64,000 nt of DNA, taken from NCBI GenBank assembly GCA_002189035.1, contig NEEC01000011.1, positions 248,001-312,000 on the forward strand, written 5' to 3'. A program made the position numbers and the translations under genes. Source of the stretch: Utricularia gibba (lineage: Eukaryota; Plantae; Magnoliophyta). Shown here piece by piece: positions 63,358 through 64,000 of this stretch. Positions within the stretch are counted from its first letter, which is position 1. Each line of letters starts with the position of its first letter. Under the pieces are notes generated by a model, which made no database searches, had not been told where the DNA came from, and worked only from the letters and a program-made list of their open reading frames with translations.

Positions 63358-64000
63358 TGTGACGTTTCCTAACAAATTTTAAATATGTAAAATGTAGAAC
63401 AAAAAAAAGCGTAGTACGAGTATCGAACTCAAGCAGTTGAGTTTTACGAAAAGTGTTTTGTAGAAAACTTTCACAAATTGTCACGGATTTGTAAAAGAGG
63501 GTTTTTGAAGTACAAGAAATAAAGGTACAACCTAAGTAGTGGACCTAGACTACGGGTTGTAGTTCCTGGAAAGTGGACTCCGTTTCCTCATTTTGTCTAT
63601 CCTTGCCTCAACTTTCATTGATTCCTTCTGAATAGCTAGTTATAGGAGCAAGGAATAGCCTACTCTCCCTTACACTCTAATTGACAAGGAGGCACGGGAA
63701 TAGCCTCATGTGATTCCTCCTTGGATGATTAAGTAGACAAGAGGATTGCCGTCGATTGCCTTCAAAACTGAATTGCACGCGTGTGCCCAGTTGTTGCCAA
63801 TGACCAGTGGCAAGTACGAGGTCACTAATCGTCCACTGTTGCGATACCTCAGCCACAAACAATTTGCAACTTCCCTTGAACCAGTAGGTTTGGAGTTGGT
63901 GCTCTTCACTTTGATCTTCATCAAAACTCGCGAGGAGTGGCCTGCTACTCATGGACCGTGACTAAGAGTCGTTACAAAAGGACTGCAACAAGACGCGTGG
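63358..64000 (-). mobile_element. Tat/Ogre-like LTR (3' part), truncated by the window edge, inserted into the copia 3' LTR
   Basis: Starts TGTGACGTTT on the plus strand and aligns along its length with 39103-39750. Confidence 0.85.

Noticed and set aside
63418-63428. tRNA T-loop-like GTTCGATACTC (minus); similar motifs in other LTRs
   Set aside because: No cloverleaf or acceptor stem; it is a common motif near gypsy LTR 3' ends, not a tRNA gene

Overview
Plant (angiosperm) nuclear DNA. A gene-rich left half holds five intron-containing genes: an At2g39950-like protein with a probable Pru/PH-type fold, chloroplast sedoheptulose-1,7-bisphosphatase (SBPase), a conserved uncharacterised protein, an At5g01970/At2g30530-like coiled-coil protein and a Tify-domain-binding (TDBD) protein. 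The rest is TE-dense: Athila-like fragments and three solo LTRs with perfect 5-bp TSDs, several decayed Ty1/copia elements, a decayed hAT, two PIF/Harbinger elements (one structurally complete) and a Tourist MITE. An AIPP2/PAIPP2-like PHD-SPOC gene has been pseudogenised and split by TE insertions. Most notable oddities: a 226-bp miniature LTR element with 69-bp LTRs, a fused inverted 25S/18S rDNA fragment, copia elements apparently primed by tRNA-Trp and tRNA-Phe, an LTR with an apparent 8-bp TSD, and 12-bp echoes of exon ends in two adjacent SBPase introns. No CRISPR, prokaryotic system or tRNA gene was found. Family assignments come from remembered motifs, not database searches; exon boundaries were read by eye.
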